Shown piece by piece: positions 1 to 10,224 of a stretch of 64,000 nucleotides of DNA. Both the position numbers and the translations under genes were made by a program. The stretch's first letter is position 1. Each line of letters opens with the position of its first letter. Below the pieces are notes generated by a model. That model had not been told where the DNA came from and searched no databases. It saw nothing but the letters and a program-made list of their open reading frames with translations. The DNA comes from a virus. The DNA is taken from the IMG/VR virus record IMGVR_UViG_3300022934_000003; one strand, 5' to 3'.

Positions 1-603
1 GTAACAGGCACGGTGACTGCTGATGGATTAACTCTTGATGGTAACTTAGATACGTCTAATACAACTATTACAGGTGACTTAGATGCATCCAACTCAACCA
101 TTACAACTTTAGAATCACAAACTCAAGCGAATGAGTTAGGTCGTATTAACAGTTCTGATCAATGGGTTCCATTTGTATACACAGAGTCAATTTCAAATAC
201 ATTACAAGATGCTATTCCTCCAACTTTAAATGCTAATAATGATATTGTTAAAACCGTTTATAGTAAATCATTAGATAGATATACAAGTGGTGGTGAATTA
301 TTATTAACATTTATTAATAATACTGGAACAAACAAATACTATTGTACTAAGAGAGTACTATTTAGTAGAGATGAAAGTGCTGGCGCAAATGGTGTATTTA
401 ATACAACAGAAACTAGCATAGGTGATGCGGCAGAATTAGTTGATAGTATTGAAATTCAAGAAAGAACAGTTAGCTCTGATTTATATTTAGATGTAACAGT
501 TACTTCTCCTAATACTGCAATTGCAGAAGCAGAATTTACTAGAGTTGTAGGAGAAATAAAATATACTAGTGTGCCAATTTTCTTAACGGCATCAGGATAT
601 TAA
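1..603 (+). CDS. virion structural/fibre-like protein, C-terminal part (ORF open from window start)
   Basis: Frame is open from base 1; Thr/Ser/Asn-rich beta-type sequence (VTGTVTADGLTLDG); lies just upstream of the terminase genes. Confidence 0.45.
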   Translation, partial: VTGTVTADGLTLDGNLDTSNTTITGDLDASNSTITTLESQTQANELGRINSSDQWVPFVYTESISNTLQDAIPPTLNANNDIVKTVYSKSLDRYTSGGELLLTFINNTGTNKYYCTKRVLFSRDESAGANGVFNTTETSIGDAAELVDSIEIQERTVSSDLYLDVTVTSPNTAIAEAEFTRVVGEIKYTSVPIFLTASGY

Positions 604-621
604 AATTTTGAGGATAATATT

Positions 622-1086
622 ATGGCAGATAATGATAAAATTTCTTCAGCCCTTGGTATTCGACCATTGTCTGAAATTGATGAAGAAGAACAAAATTTAC
701 CAGTTGTAGAAACGGTAGAAGAAACTCCTCTTGCAATTATTCCAGATGACGACGAAAATGTTCAAGATTTAGAACAAGTCCGTCAAAATATTCAAGGTAT
801 TATTGAAAAAGGCGAAGATGCAATCGCAGAAATGCTTGAAATTGCAAAACAGTCTGAGCAGCCAAGAGCATTTGAAGTTGTATCAACATTAATGAAAACA
901 ATGTTAGATGCAAACAAAGATTATGCAGATGTTTCTACTAAGAAAAAATTTGCTAAAGAAGAATTAAGCGGTCCAAAACAAGAAACAAATGTTGTAAATA
1001 ATAACTTAATTTTATCTACTAATGATTTATTGAAAATGATTAAAGATAACAAAAACAACAAAGAGGATAAAGTAATCGATGGGTGA
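622..1086 (+). CDS. terminase small subunit (T4 gp16-like)
   Basis: AKQSEQPRAFEVV motif; overlaps the start of the large terminase. Confidence 0.85.
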   Translation: MADNDKISSALGIRPLSEIDEEEQNLPVVETVEETPLAIIPDDDENVQDLEQVRQNIQGIIEKGEDAIAEMLEIAKQSEQPRAFEVVSTLMKTMLDANKDYADVSTKKKFAKEELSGPKQETNVVNNNLILSTNDLLKMIKDNKNNKEDKVIDG

Positions 1087-2665
1087 TGGTTATCTTGGTA
1101 ATGTCCACCTTAAAAAGGTAGCAACTGATATTGAATGGACACCAGAACTTCTTCAAGAATATATGAAGTGTTCCGATGATCCTGAATATTTTGCTAAAGA
1201 ATATATGAAAATCGTTCACGTGGATCGAGGATTAGTTCCGCTTGAATTATACGATTATCAAAAAGAAATTGTCGATAAAATTACTAATCATAGAAGAGTA
1301 GCTGTTCTTACTGCTCGTCAATCAGGTAAAACAACAACCGCAGCAGCTGTAATATTACATTATATTTTATTTAATGAACATAAAACAGTGGCCATTCTAG
1401 CCAACAAGGGTGACGCATCGAGGGAAGTTTTAGCCAGGATTAAGTTAGCCTATGAAGCGCTTCCAAAGTGGCTCCAGCAAGGAATAGAGGAATGGAACAA
1501 GGGTAATATAGCATTAGAAAATGGTTGTCAAGTATTAGCAGGTACAACAACATCATCAGCCATTCGTGGTAAATCTGTTAACTTCCTATATCTAGATGAG
1601 GTAGCATTCATTGAAGGATTCGATGAATTTTTTGCTTCAGTTTATCCTACTATTTCTTCTGGTGAAACAACAAAAATGTTAATGACATCTACACCTAATG
1701 GTCTAAATCATTTTTGGAAAACATGTAAAGGTGCAGAAGAAGGAACAAACGGTTATCAATTCGTTAAAGTTATGTGGCACGATGTTCCAGGACGAGATGA
1801 GAAATGGAAAAAAGAAACTATTGAATCACTCGATCACGATGAAGAGAAGTTTAATCAAGAATACTGTTGTGAATTCCTTGGTTCTTCTGGAACTTTAATT
1901 TCAGGTAGTAAATTAAAACAATTATATCCAGAAAAATGTATTGCACAAAGTGAAGGATTTATACAATATGAAAAACCAATACGAGATCATCAATATGTAA
2001 TTACTGCTGATGTAGCACGTGGAAAAGGCCTAGATTATTCTACCATAAATATAATAGATATAACAGAAATGCCTTATAGACAAGTTGCAATATTTAGAGA
2101 CAATTTTATTGGACCTATTGACTTTTCTGGCGTATTACATAGAGCTGGTATTCTATATAACACTGCAGGAATTTTAATAGAAATTAATGACATCGGCGGA
2201 CAAGTTGCTGATGTATTACTATTAGATCATGGTTATGAAAACCTACTTTATACTTCAAATTCAGGAAGAAGTGGAAAAGTATTAACTGGTGGGTTTGGAA
2301 AAAATATAGATAATGGTATAAGAACAACAAAATTAGTTAAAGGTACTGGATGTTCAATGCTTAAAATGTTAATTGAACAGGATCAGCTTTTAATAAAAGA
2401 TTTAGATACAATTGAAGAGTTAAGCCGTTTTTCAAAAAAAGGCAACTCATATGAAGCAGAATCTGGATTTCACGATGATTTAGTAATGAATCTAGTACTG
2501 TTTGCATGGATGACTGAGCAGGAATATTTTAAAGATATGACTGACATAAATACATTAATAAAACTAAGAGAAAAAACTGATGAGCAAATTGAAGAAGAAA
2601 TGTTGCCTTTTGGCTTCGTTGATGACGGTTCACAAGACTGGGATGATGACGGATTAAGATTATAA
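1079..2665 (+). CDS. terminase large subunit (T4 gp17)
   Basis: Walker A ARQSGKTT, Walker B LYLDEVAF, TSTPNG, nuclease motifs ADVARG and HDDLVM. Confidence 0.97.
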   Translation: MGDGYLGNVHLKKVATDIEWTPELLQEYMKCSDDPEYFAKEYMKIVHVDRGLVPLELYDYQKEIVDKITNHRRVAVLTARQSGKTTTAAAVILHYILFNEHKTVAILANKGDASREVLARIKLAYEALPKWLQQGIEEWNKGNIALENGCQVLAGTTTSSAIRGKSVNFLYLDEVAFIEGFDEFFASVYPTISSGETTKMLMTSTPNGLNHFWKTCKGAEEGTNGYQFVKVMWHDVPGRDEKWKKETIESLDHDEEKFNQEYCCEFLGSSGTLISGSKLKQLYPEKCIAQSEGFIQYEKPIRDHQYVITADVARGKGLDYSTINIIDITEMPYRQVAIFRDNFIGPIDFSGVLHRAGILYNTAGILIEINDIGGQVADVLLLDHGYENLLYTSNSGRSGKVLTGGFGKNIDNGIRTTKLVKGTGCSMLKMLIEQDQLLIKDLDTIEELSRFSKKGNSYEAESGFHDDLVMNLVLFAWMTEQEYFKDMTDINTLIKLREKTDEQIEEEMLPFGFVDDGSQDWDDDGLRL

Positions 2666-2696
2666 TGGTTGTAATTAATAAGCAAATCGGTAAATT

Positions 2697-2704
2697 TATA
2701 AATA
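2697..2704 (+). promoter_or_regulatory. T4-type late promoter TATAAATA upstream of tail sheath
   Basis: Exact gp55 late consensus in the intergenic gap. Confidence 0.8.
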
Positions 2705-2758
2705 GAAACAGTGATATAATTAAAAACGCGTTTCTAATATTTAATAAAGGAGAAAAAC

Positions 2759-4702
2759 ATGGCTTTTTCCGTAAGTCCTTCAGTAATTGTTCGTGAAGTA
2801 GACGCAAGCCAATCAGTACCTGCTGTTGCAACACCACCCGCTGCAATTGCTGGAGTATTTAGATGGGGCCCTACAAACGATCCAATTCTTATTACATCGG
2901 AAAATGATTTAGTAGATAGATTTGGTAAACCAACCGATGATAACTATGAAACATTTTTCACGGCGGCAGATTATCTGTCATATTCTAATGCTTTGTACGT
3001 AGTTCGTGCAGATGATAGCTCCAATACAGCTACTGCAACAAATATTGTTTACGATTCTAATAATAACATTGTTGTTGCTGACACAACATATGGTGGATTT
3101 GAAGCTAAATATCCTGGATCTTTAGGTAATTCACTTGAAGTTGCATGGGTTGATTCATCAGGATACTCAACAGAGTGGTTTGATGTTGGTGGTGTAGATG
3201 CAAATGCAGTATCAAATACTCAAGCAGAACAAACAGTAGATTTTGGCTCAACATCAGTAAGCTTTGAAACAGCAAACACGGTTCAATTACCAGCTCTTGG
3301 TATTGGAGATGTATTAAAGATTGGTAATTCAAGTGTTGGATATCAAGAATTAGTTGTTTCTGCTTATACAGAAACAGAACAAGAAAGAACATATGGTTCA
3401 GGTAATACAGCAGTTACTGTAGTAGAATCATACAAATACGATATTTCTTTCTCAAACAAATATACATTAGCTGAAAGTGATTTAAGTAAATTATCAGTAT
3501 CAAGAAATTGGCAATATGCTTCATCATTTGGTAAAGCGCCAGATGCAGATCATTTACACATTGCTGTAATTGATAAAGGTGGAGAAATTTCTGGAACAGA
3601 AGGTCAAATTCTCGAAAAATTTGAAAATGTTTCAACATCCGCTGCAGCAGTTACACCACAAGGTGCATCTAATTACTTTGCTAACGTAGTAGAAAATAGA
3701 TCAGAGTGGATTAAAAATGCAAATACTGCTCATGTAATTTCTACAGTTACCGACCAAACAGCTTCAACTGTTTATGAAAACTTTGTCGGTGGTGCAGATG
3801 CTAGTACTGAAACAACAGCAACATTAAGTACACTTGCATTTGCTTGGGATACACTTAAAAATGGAAATGAAATTGATATTTCTGGTGTATTACAAGGTAA
3901 AGGTGATAATGATGGTATTAGAGCAAACTATATTGTAGCAAATATTTGTGATACAAGAAAAGATTGTGTTGCTTATATCTCACCTTCTAAAGAAGCAGTT
4001 GTAGATGAACTTAAAACTAACGCTAAGATGGAAAATGCTATTGCATACCGTAATAAGATTCAAAATTCATCTTATTGGTTTATGGATTCAGGTTATAAGT
4101 ATCGTTATGATAAGTATAATGATGTTTATCGTTACACACCACTAAATGGTGATATGGCGGGTCTTGCTTCAAGAGTTGAATCTTGGGAATCACCTGCTGG
4201 ATTTAGAAAAGGTGTAATTAAAAATGTTATTAAATTAGCATTTAATCCTGGAAAAGCACAAAGAGATTTACTATACGGCTCAGATATTAATCCAGTTATG
4301 TCTCAAGTAGGACAAGGTATTGTACTATTTGGTGATAAAACAGGTCTTGGTACTACAAGCGCATTTGACAGACTTAACGTTCGTAGATTGTTTATTGACG
4401 TTGAAAAAGCAATTGCTACTGCAGCTGAAAGTTTCCTATTTGAATTTAACGATGAATTTACACAAAGTCGATTCAGAAATATCGTTGAGCCATTCTTAAG
4501 AGATATTCAAGGACGTCGTGGTATTATTGATTTTAGAGTTGTTTCTGACTCTACAGTTAATACTCCAGAAGTTATTGATGCTAATAAGTTTAGAGCAAGT
4601 ATCTTTATTAAGCCAGCTCGTTCTATTAATGTTATTGAACTTACGTTTGTGGCAACAAGAACCGGTGTTGAATTTGATGAAATCGTAGGTCAGTTAGGTT
4701 AA
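2759..4702 (+). CDS. tail sheath protein (gp18)
   Basis: SPSVIVREVD N-terminus, FRWGP, C-terminal RLNVRRLF and IKPARSIN. Confidence 0.97.
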   Translation: MAFSVSPSVIVREVDASQSVPAVATPPAAIAGVFRWGPTNDPILITSENDLVDRFGKPTDDNYETFFTAADYLSYSNALYVVRADDSSNTATATNIVYDSNNNIVVADTTYGGFEAKYPGSLGNSLEVAWVDSSGYSTEWFDVGGVDANAVSNTQAEQTVDFGSTSVSFETANTVQLPALGIGDVLKIGNSSVGYQELVVSAYTETEQERTYGSGNTAVTVVESYKYDISFSNKYTLAESDLSKLSVSRNWQYASSFGKAPDADHLHIAVIDKGGEISGTEGQILEKFENVSTSAAAVTPQGASNYFANVVENRSEWIKNANTAHVISTVTDQTASTVYENFVGGADASTETTATLSTLAFAWDTLKNGNEIDISGVLQGKGDNDGIRANYIVANICDTRKDCVAYISPSKEAVVDELKTNAKMENAIAYRNKIQNSSYWFMDSGYKYRYDKYNDVYRYTPLNGDMAGLASRVESWESPAGFRKGVIKNVIKLAFNPGKAQRDLLYGSDINPVMSQVGQGIVLFGDKTGLGTTSAFDRLNVRRLFIDVEKAIATAAESFLFEFNDEFTQSRFRNIVEPFLRDIQGRRGIIDFRVVSDSTVNTPEVIDANKFRASIFIKPARSINVIELTFVATRTGVEFDEIVGQLG

Positions 4703-4727
4703 TAAATAGAGTAAAGGAGAAAATAAA

Positions 4728-5273
4728 ATGGCATTCAATATTAACCAATTTAAATCAGAGCTACAATATGGTGGTGCTCGTCCTACACTCTTTCAGTGTG
4801 AAATTACTAATCCTCCTGGTATAAACTTAGGTAATGGAGTAGAAAAATTTCCATTTATGGCAAGAGCAGCTGGTATTCCAGAATCTCAGGTTGGCCAATA
4901 TATAGTTCCTTATTTCGGTAGACAAGTAAAATATGCTGGTGACAGAATTTTTGCAGATTGGACAGTAACAATTATCAATGATGAAGATTTCGCTGTTCGT
5001 AATTCTATTGAAAAATGGCTAGATTTTATCAATTCGCATGATTCGAATACAAGAGCTCTTCCACAAAACTATAAAACTGATGGTATTATTAAACAATATG
5101 CTAAAGGCGGAGATCAACCAATTCGAGTTTATCGCTTTGAAGGTATGTTCCCAATTGCAGCAGACGCTATTCAAATGGGTTGGGATCAAGTCGATCAAAT
5201 TGAAGAGTTTAATGTTACATTCCAGTATGATTTATGGAGAGTTGAAGGCAACGAATCAGACATAACTACATAA
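4728..5273 (+). CDS. tail tube protein (gp19)
   Basis: GGARPTLF, AGDRIFADWTVTIINDEDF; follows the sheath gene. Confidence 0.95.
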   Translation: MAFNINQFKSELQYGGARPTLFQCEITNPPGINLGNGVEKFPFMARAAGIPESQVGQYIVPYFGRQVKYAGDRIFADWTVTIINDEDFAVRNSIEKWLDFINSHDSNTRALPQNYKTDGIIKQYAKGGDQPIRVYRFEGMFPIAADAIQMGWDQVDQIEEFNVTFQYDLWRVEGNESDITT

Positions 5274-5298
5274 TTTTTTTATATAATGAGGTCTTGAA

Positions 5299-6891
5299 AT
5301 GAAGATTTTCGGTTTCGAAATAAAGCGTGATGCAGAAGAGACTAACCAAGAAATAGTTTCTTTTGCAGAACCAATAAATGATGATGGTGCTATTACGGTA
5401 GGTAATGCGCTGGGTGGATTTTACAGTACTATTCTCGATATGGAAGGTACTGCTAAAACAGAATCCGAGTTAGTAACAAAATATCGTTCTTTAAGTCATC
5501 AACCAGAGGTATCACAAGCGGTTGATGAAATTATCAATGAAGCAATAAGCGTTGACAACGACGAGAAAGTTGTTGAGCTTGTTCTAGACGATACAGATTT
5601 ACCAGATAAAGTAAAAGAAAAACTTGTTGACGAGTTTGAAGATGTATTAAGATTATTTGATTTTTCAAATAAAGCATATGACATGTTTGGTAATTTCTAT
5701 ATTGATGGTAGAATTAACTATCATGTTATTATTGATAATAAGAAATTAAAAGATGGAATCCAAGAATTAAGATATGTAGATCCGCGAAAACTTAAATTAG
5801 TTCGTGAGATTGATAAGAAATCTAAAGATCCACATTCAGGAGTTCCAGTTAAAAAAGTAAAAAATGAATACTATATGTATTCAGAAAATGGTTTTGGTGG
5901 CGAAAAAGGTACTCAACAAAGTGGTACAATGGGTTATAAGATTGCAAAAGATTCAATTGCAAGAATTACATCAGGATTATTAAATGAAAATAATTCTTTA
6001 GTTCTTTCTTATTTACATCCTTCGATTAAACCAATGAACCAATTAAGGATGCTCGAAGATGCAACAATCATCTATACTTTAACAAGAGCTCCAGAACGTA
6101 GAATTTTCTATATTGATGTTGGTAATCTTCCTAAATCAAAGGCAGAACAATATCTAAGAGATATGATGACTCGTCATAAAAATAAGCTTCAGTATAATTC
6201 ATCAACTGGTGAAATTACAGATGCTCGTAAGATGATGACAATGACTGAAGATTTTTGGTTCCCACGTCGTGGTGGCGAAAGATCTACTGAAGTTGATACA
6301 TTACCAGGTGGTGCTTCATCTGCATTAACAACAGATGAAAACATGCAATACTTCCAAAGAAAATTGTATAAAGCGCTTAAAGTTCCTTTATCAAGATTGG
6401 AACCAGAAACCATGTATTCCTTTGGTAGGGTCTCTGAAATCACTCGAGATGAGCTTAAATTCACTAAGTTTGTAAAGCGCTTAAGATCACGTTTTTCTGA
6501 TCTGTTTACCCAAGTTTTGGAGAAACAGTTAGTATTAAAAGGTATAATGCTACCAGAAGAATTTGCTGAGATTAAAAATGTAATCCGTTATGATTTCATT
6601 CAAGATAATTACTTTAATGAGTTAAAAGAAGCAGAAATTACACGTGAAAGATTAACAACACTTAGAGAAGTCGAAGAACATGTTGGTACATATTATTCAA
6701 GAGATTGGGTACGTAAAAATGTATTAGGTATGTCTGAAGACGAAATTAAGGAAATGGAAAAAGAAATTGACAAAGAAAAGAAAGCTGAGGCAGAAGCTGA
6801 AATGGAAGCAGAACCTCAACAAGGATATGATCCTAATCAGGAATTCCAACCTGATCAAGAAGAATCAAATTCGAATACCATAAATGGATAA
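5299..6891 (+). CDS. portal protein (gp20)
   Basis: RAPERRIFYIDVGNLPKSKAEQY, EDFWFPRR, ITRDELKF. Confidence 0.97.
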   Translation: MKIFGFEIKRDAEETNQEIVSFAEPINDDGAITVGNALGGFYSTILDMEGTAKTESELVTKYRSLSHQPEVSQAVDEIINEAISVDNDEKVVELVLDDTDLPDKVKEKLVDEFEDVLRLFDFSNKAYDMFGNFYIDGRINYHVIIDNKKLKDGIQELRYVDPRKLKLVREIDKKSKDPHSGVPVKKVKNEYYMYSENGFGGEKGTQQSGTMGYKIAKDSIARITSGLLNENNSLVLSYLHPSIKPMNQLRMLEDATIIYTLTRAPERRIFYIDVGNLPKSKAEQYLRDMMTRHKNKLQYNSSTGEITDARKMMTMTEDFWFPRRGGERSTEVDTLPGGASSALTTDENMQYFQRKLYKALKVPLSRLEPETMYSFGRVSEITRDELKFTKFVKRLRSRFSDLFTQVLEKQLVLKGIMLPEEFAEIKNVIRYDFIQDNYFNELKEAEITRERLTTLREVEEHVGTYYSRDWVRKNVLGMSEDEIKEMEKEIDKEKKAEAEAEMEAEPQQGYDPNQEFQPDQEESNSNTING

Positions 6892-6926
6892 ATATAACAA
6901 AAATTAAACAAATTACGGAGCTCAAC

Positions 6927-8132
6927 ATGAAATCCTTTAATAAATTTTTATCAGAAATTTCTCATCAGGCTAGAAGTCCAGAGGAGCAAAGATTTAAAGA
7001 TACTCACCAAGTACAAAAAATCGATCATCCTGCTGCTGAAGAAAGCCAATTCACTGGAGAAATTAAAGGTAATCCATCAGTAAAAAATAGAGGAGATCAA
7101 AAGGGTGAAAAAGCTAATGATTCTTATGATCCTCAACATCAAGGTCAAGCTGATGATTCTTCATTTCTTGAGTCTGCTGAAGAAGCTGATGAAGACCAAC
7201 TTCACGAATTATCAAAAGATTCATTAAGTAAATATGCAGTTAAAGCAACTGCGGCTAAAGCAGCATCTAAGATGCAACTTGATAAGAAAAAGAAATCATC
7301 TGATTTAGCACATCAAGGTAAAAGACCTACATCTGTTCCAGGTAAAAAAGGTGTAACATTAGATAAAAGTCTTCAATACGATAAAACAATTAGAAAATCT
7401 CAAAAAACTCTTGCTAAAAGAGAAAAAGGTTTACAAAGAGCTGGTGAAAGACTTCTTAGAAAAGAAGAAGTTGAAACTCTAGATGAATTAAAAGCAAGAA
7501 CTATTGGTTCATACATTCGTAAAGCAACTGATAATCTTGCTAGACAGAAAAGTAGTTTAGCGTCTGTTGAGAAACGGAATGCTGACTCTATGGAATATAG
7601 AGGTAAAGTTGGTGCTGGTATGAAGTCTATGGAAAAAATCCATAGAGACAATATCAAGAAAAGAGAAAAAGGACTTGATCGAGCTGATAAAGCATTAGCT
7701 AAGAAAGAAGAATTTGAAACTCTAGATGAATTAGATACGCAAGTAATGATTGAGGGTTTAGAATTAGCTTTAGATGAAGTAACACAAGCTGCTTCTAGAA
7801 GAGCTGTTAATGTTACCGGTCCTGATGGAAAAACTAGAACTGTTTATAAAAAATCTAGAGCAGTTTCACATGATGAATATGGTAATGAAAAAATTAAAAC
7901 TGAAGAATCAGTTGAAGAAACAGGTGAAATCATAGAAGAAAACTTCAAACAAGGTATTTTAAAATTAAAAGATAGATCTTCTGTTATATTAAAGAAAGAA
8001 GATGCAGATATTTTAAATAAACTATTTAAAGATATTTCAAAAGCAGGTTCAAAAAAAATGTCTGAAACTGTAATGAAGAATAAAAAAGGATTTCAAGAAA
8101 TCTTAAATTTTGCTAAGGAAGCAGAAAAATAA
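6927..8132 (+). CDS. putative prohead core/internal head protein with capsid-targeting N-terminus and (L/I)xE-delimited basic repeats
   Basis: MKSFNKFLSE resembles the T4 internal-protein targeting peptide MKTYQEFIAE; repeats LHELSKDSLSKY and LDELKARTIGSY; occupies the gp67/68 position between portal and protease. Confidence 0.6.
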   Translation: MKSFNKFLSEISHQARSPEEQRFKDTHQVQKIDHPAAEESQFTGEIKGNPSVKNRGDQKGEKANDSYDPQHQGQADDSSFLESAEEADEDQLHELSKDSLSKYAVKATAAKAASKMQLDKKKKSSDLAHQGKRPTSVPGKKGVTLDKSLQYDKTIRKSQKTLAKREKGLQRAGERLLRKEEVETLDELKARTIGSYIRKATDNLARQKSSLASVEKRNADSMEYRGKVGAGMKSMEKIHRDNIKKREKGLDRADKALAKKEEFETLDELDTQVMIEGLELALDEVTQAASRRAVNVTGPDGKTRTVYKKSRAVSHDEYGNEKIKTEESVEETGEIIEENFKQGILKLKDRSSVILKKEDADILNKLFKDISKAGSKKMSETVMKNKKGFQEILNFAKEAEK

Positions 8133-8365
8133 TGGCTTGGGTAACGGTTCCTGGATCAAACAATATATGGGAATACGATAATGCTGCAACTGCAGCGGGA
8201 TCAGATACATATGATGATGCAAATGGAACGGTAACTGCTGGTGTTAGATCATTTACTCCAAATGGCGGAAATACACAATATACTTATATTAGATGTAGAA
8301 AAGCTGGAGAAACTATAGTTCGAGGTGAGTTAAATAAAAACTATTATGATGCTAAAATACCATAA
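8132..8365 (+). CDS. small hypothetical virion-module protein
   Basis: Translationally coupled ORF inside the head operon. Confidence 0.6.
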   Translation: MAWVTVPGSNNIWEYDNAATAAGSDTYDDANGTVTAGVRSFTPNGGNTQYTYIRCRKAGETIVRGELNKNYYDAKIP

Positions 8366-8379
8366 TAAATATAAAAATA

Positions 8380-8387
8380 TATAAATA
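8380..8387 (+). promoter_or_regulatory. late promoter TATAAATA before gp21
   Basis: Exact consensus, intergenic. Confidence 0.75.
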
Positions 8388-8418
8388 TAACTAGAGAAAT
8401 TATAAAGGGTAGAAAATT

Positions 8419-9102
8419 ATGAAACTAATTACAGAAGTTTATACAGAAGACGCATCTGTTACTACCGAATTAAATGAAGAGACTGGTAAAAAGTCTTATT
8501 TCATCGAAGGAATCTTTATGCAAGGCGATATTAAAAATCGCAATGGCAGAATTTATCCTTCTGAAATTCTTGAAAACGAAATGAATAGATACAATAATGA
8601 TTTTGTATCGACTAAAAGAGCGTTAGGCGAACTAGGACATCCTGATGGACCAACAATTAATGGTGACAGAGTATCTCATCTTATTACTGAGATGAAGCGC
8701 GATGGATCTAATTTTATTGGTAAGGCAAAGGTTCTAAGTACTCCAATGGGTGAAATTGTTAAAACTTTCATTGATGAAGGAATTAACATTGGTGTTTCAA
8801 CTCGTGGTTTAGGATCAGTAAAACCTACTAAAGAAGGCATCATGGAAGTACAAAATGATTTCCATCTTTCAACTGTTGATATTGTAACTGATCCATCTGG
8901 ACCAAATTGCTTTGTTAACGGTATTATGGAAAATACTGAATATTACTATGATATTGCATCAGGTAATTGGATTGCTCAAGAAGCAATCGAAGAAATGGTG
9001 AAAGAAGTGAAGAAGGAATACAAAACAATAACTCGTAAGATCGACGAAAGTACGGCTGCGCGAATGTTTGAAACTTTCATGAACACACTTAGAAATAATT
9101 GA
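8419..9102 (+). CDS. prohead core protease (gp21)
   Basis: NRNGRIYP, ALGELGHP, GVSTRGLGS, DIVTDPS. Confidence 0.96.
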   Translation: MKLITEVYTEDASVTTELNEETGKKSYFIEGIFMQGDIKNRNGRIYPSEILENEMNRYNNDFVSTKRALGELGHPDGPTINGDRVSHLITEMKRDGSNFIGKAKVLSTPMGEIVKTFIDEGINIGVSTRGLGSVKPTKEGIMEVQNDFHLSTVDIVTDPSGPNCFVNGIMENTEYYYDIASGNWIAQEAIEEMVKEVKKEYKTITRKIDESTAARMFETFMNTLRNN

Positions 9103-9105
9103 AGT

Positions 9106-9113
9106 TATAAATA
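9106..9113 (+). promoter_or_regulatory. late promoter TATAAATA before gp22
   Basis: Exact consensus, intergenic. Confidence 0.75.
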
Positions 9114-9158
9114 ATACTCAAGTAGTAAAACACATTCTTATAAGAAGGAGTAAAACAT

Positions 9159-10172
9159 ATGTCAAATGAACTAGACGAAAAGTTTGTTGCTGACCATTCG
9201 GGTGGAGACGTAGTTAAGCCAGCGGAAGCTGCTGAGCCCACTACTGCAGCCGGCGGCGCAATCAAAAAGAAAAAGGCAGACGTTAAAAAGTCTGTAGACC
9301 CTACAGCGGATAAAGTTCCAGCAACTGTTTCTGGCCAAGCAGATGGTGGTTCTCCTATGAAAGAAGATTCAGAGGTTGAAGCTGAGGATCACGTAGAAGA
9401 AATTATAGAAATTGATTCATCAATTGAACAAATGTTCGAAGGTATGGATCTTTCAGAAGAATTCAAAGATAAGGTATCTCTTGTTTTTGAAGCTGCTGTT
9501 AACGAAGCTGCTACTAAGAAAGCAGAATCTGCTATTACTGAGAAAGTAGAAGCAATGGAAACAGAAATGAAAGAATCTTTAGATACCGCAATTGATGGCA
9601 TCGTAGAGAATCTTGATTCTTACCTGGACTATGTAGTCGAGGAGTGGATGAAGGAGAACGAACTTGCAATCGAAACTGGTGTTAAGGTTGAGATGGCAGA
9701 GTCGTTAATGTCTGGTCTTAAGGATCTATTCGAAGAGCACAACATCGACGTTAGTGAGGAAACAATCGACGTAGTTGGTGAGCTTGAGTCTGAATTAGAA
9801 CAACTTAAGGTTACTGCAAATGAAGGTATTACTGAAAATGTAGAACTTCAAAAGCAAATTGCTGAGCTGAAAGCTGAGAAAGTATTCGATGAAATGACTG
9901 AAGATCTTACTATCACACAGAAAGAAAGATTGAAAGTACTTTCAGAGAAGTTGGATTTCTCTAACGCAGATGAGTACAAAGCAGATTTAGAAACTTTAAA
10001 AGAATCATTCTTTAAGAAAGATGCTAAAGTAACTGAAGCTGCAGACGCGGATAGCGAAGAAGAAATTATTACTGAAGAATCTGCTCAGGTTAAAAAGCCA
10101 GCATCAGATCATTATTCAATTAATGCTCTTGTTGAGGCTCTAGACGCAAGACGCAGTGCAGAAATGAAATAA
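9159..10172 (+). CDS. prohead scaffold protein (gp22)
   Basis: Acidic coiled coil; LSEEFK..VFEAAV and YLDYVVEEWMKENELAI motifs; lies between gp21 and gp23. Confidence 0.93.
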   Translation: MSNELDEKFVADHSGGDVVKPAEAAEPTTAAGGAIKKKKADVKKSVDPTADKVPATVSGQADGGSPMKEDSEVEAEDHVEEIIEIDSSIEQMFEGMDLSEEFKDKVSLVFEAAVNEAATKKAESAITEKVEAMETEMKESLDTAIDGIVENLDSYLDYVVEEWMKENELAIETGVKVEMAESLMSGLKDLFEEHNIDVSEETIDVVGELESELEQLKVTANEGITENVELQKQIAELKAEKVFDEMTEDLTITQKERLKVLSEKLDFSNADEYKADLETLKESFFKKDAKVTEAADADSEEEIITEESAQVKKPASDHYSINALVEALDARRSAEMK

Positions 10173-10179
10173 TTATTAT

Positions 10180-10187
10180 TATAAATA
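10180..10187 (+). promoter_or_regulatory. late promoter TATAAATA before gp23
   Basis: Exact consensus, intergenic. Confidence 0.8.
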
Positions 10188-10224
10188 GATCTAGAAACTT
10201 TAAATTACAAGGAGATAGAAAAAA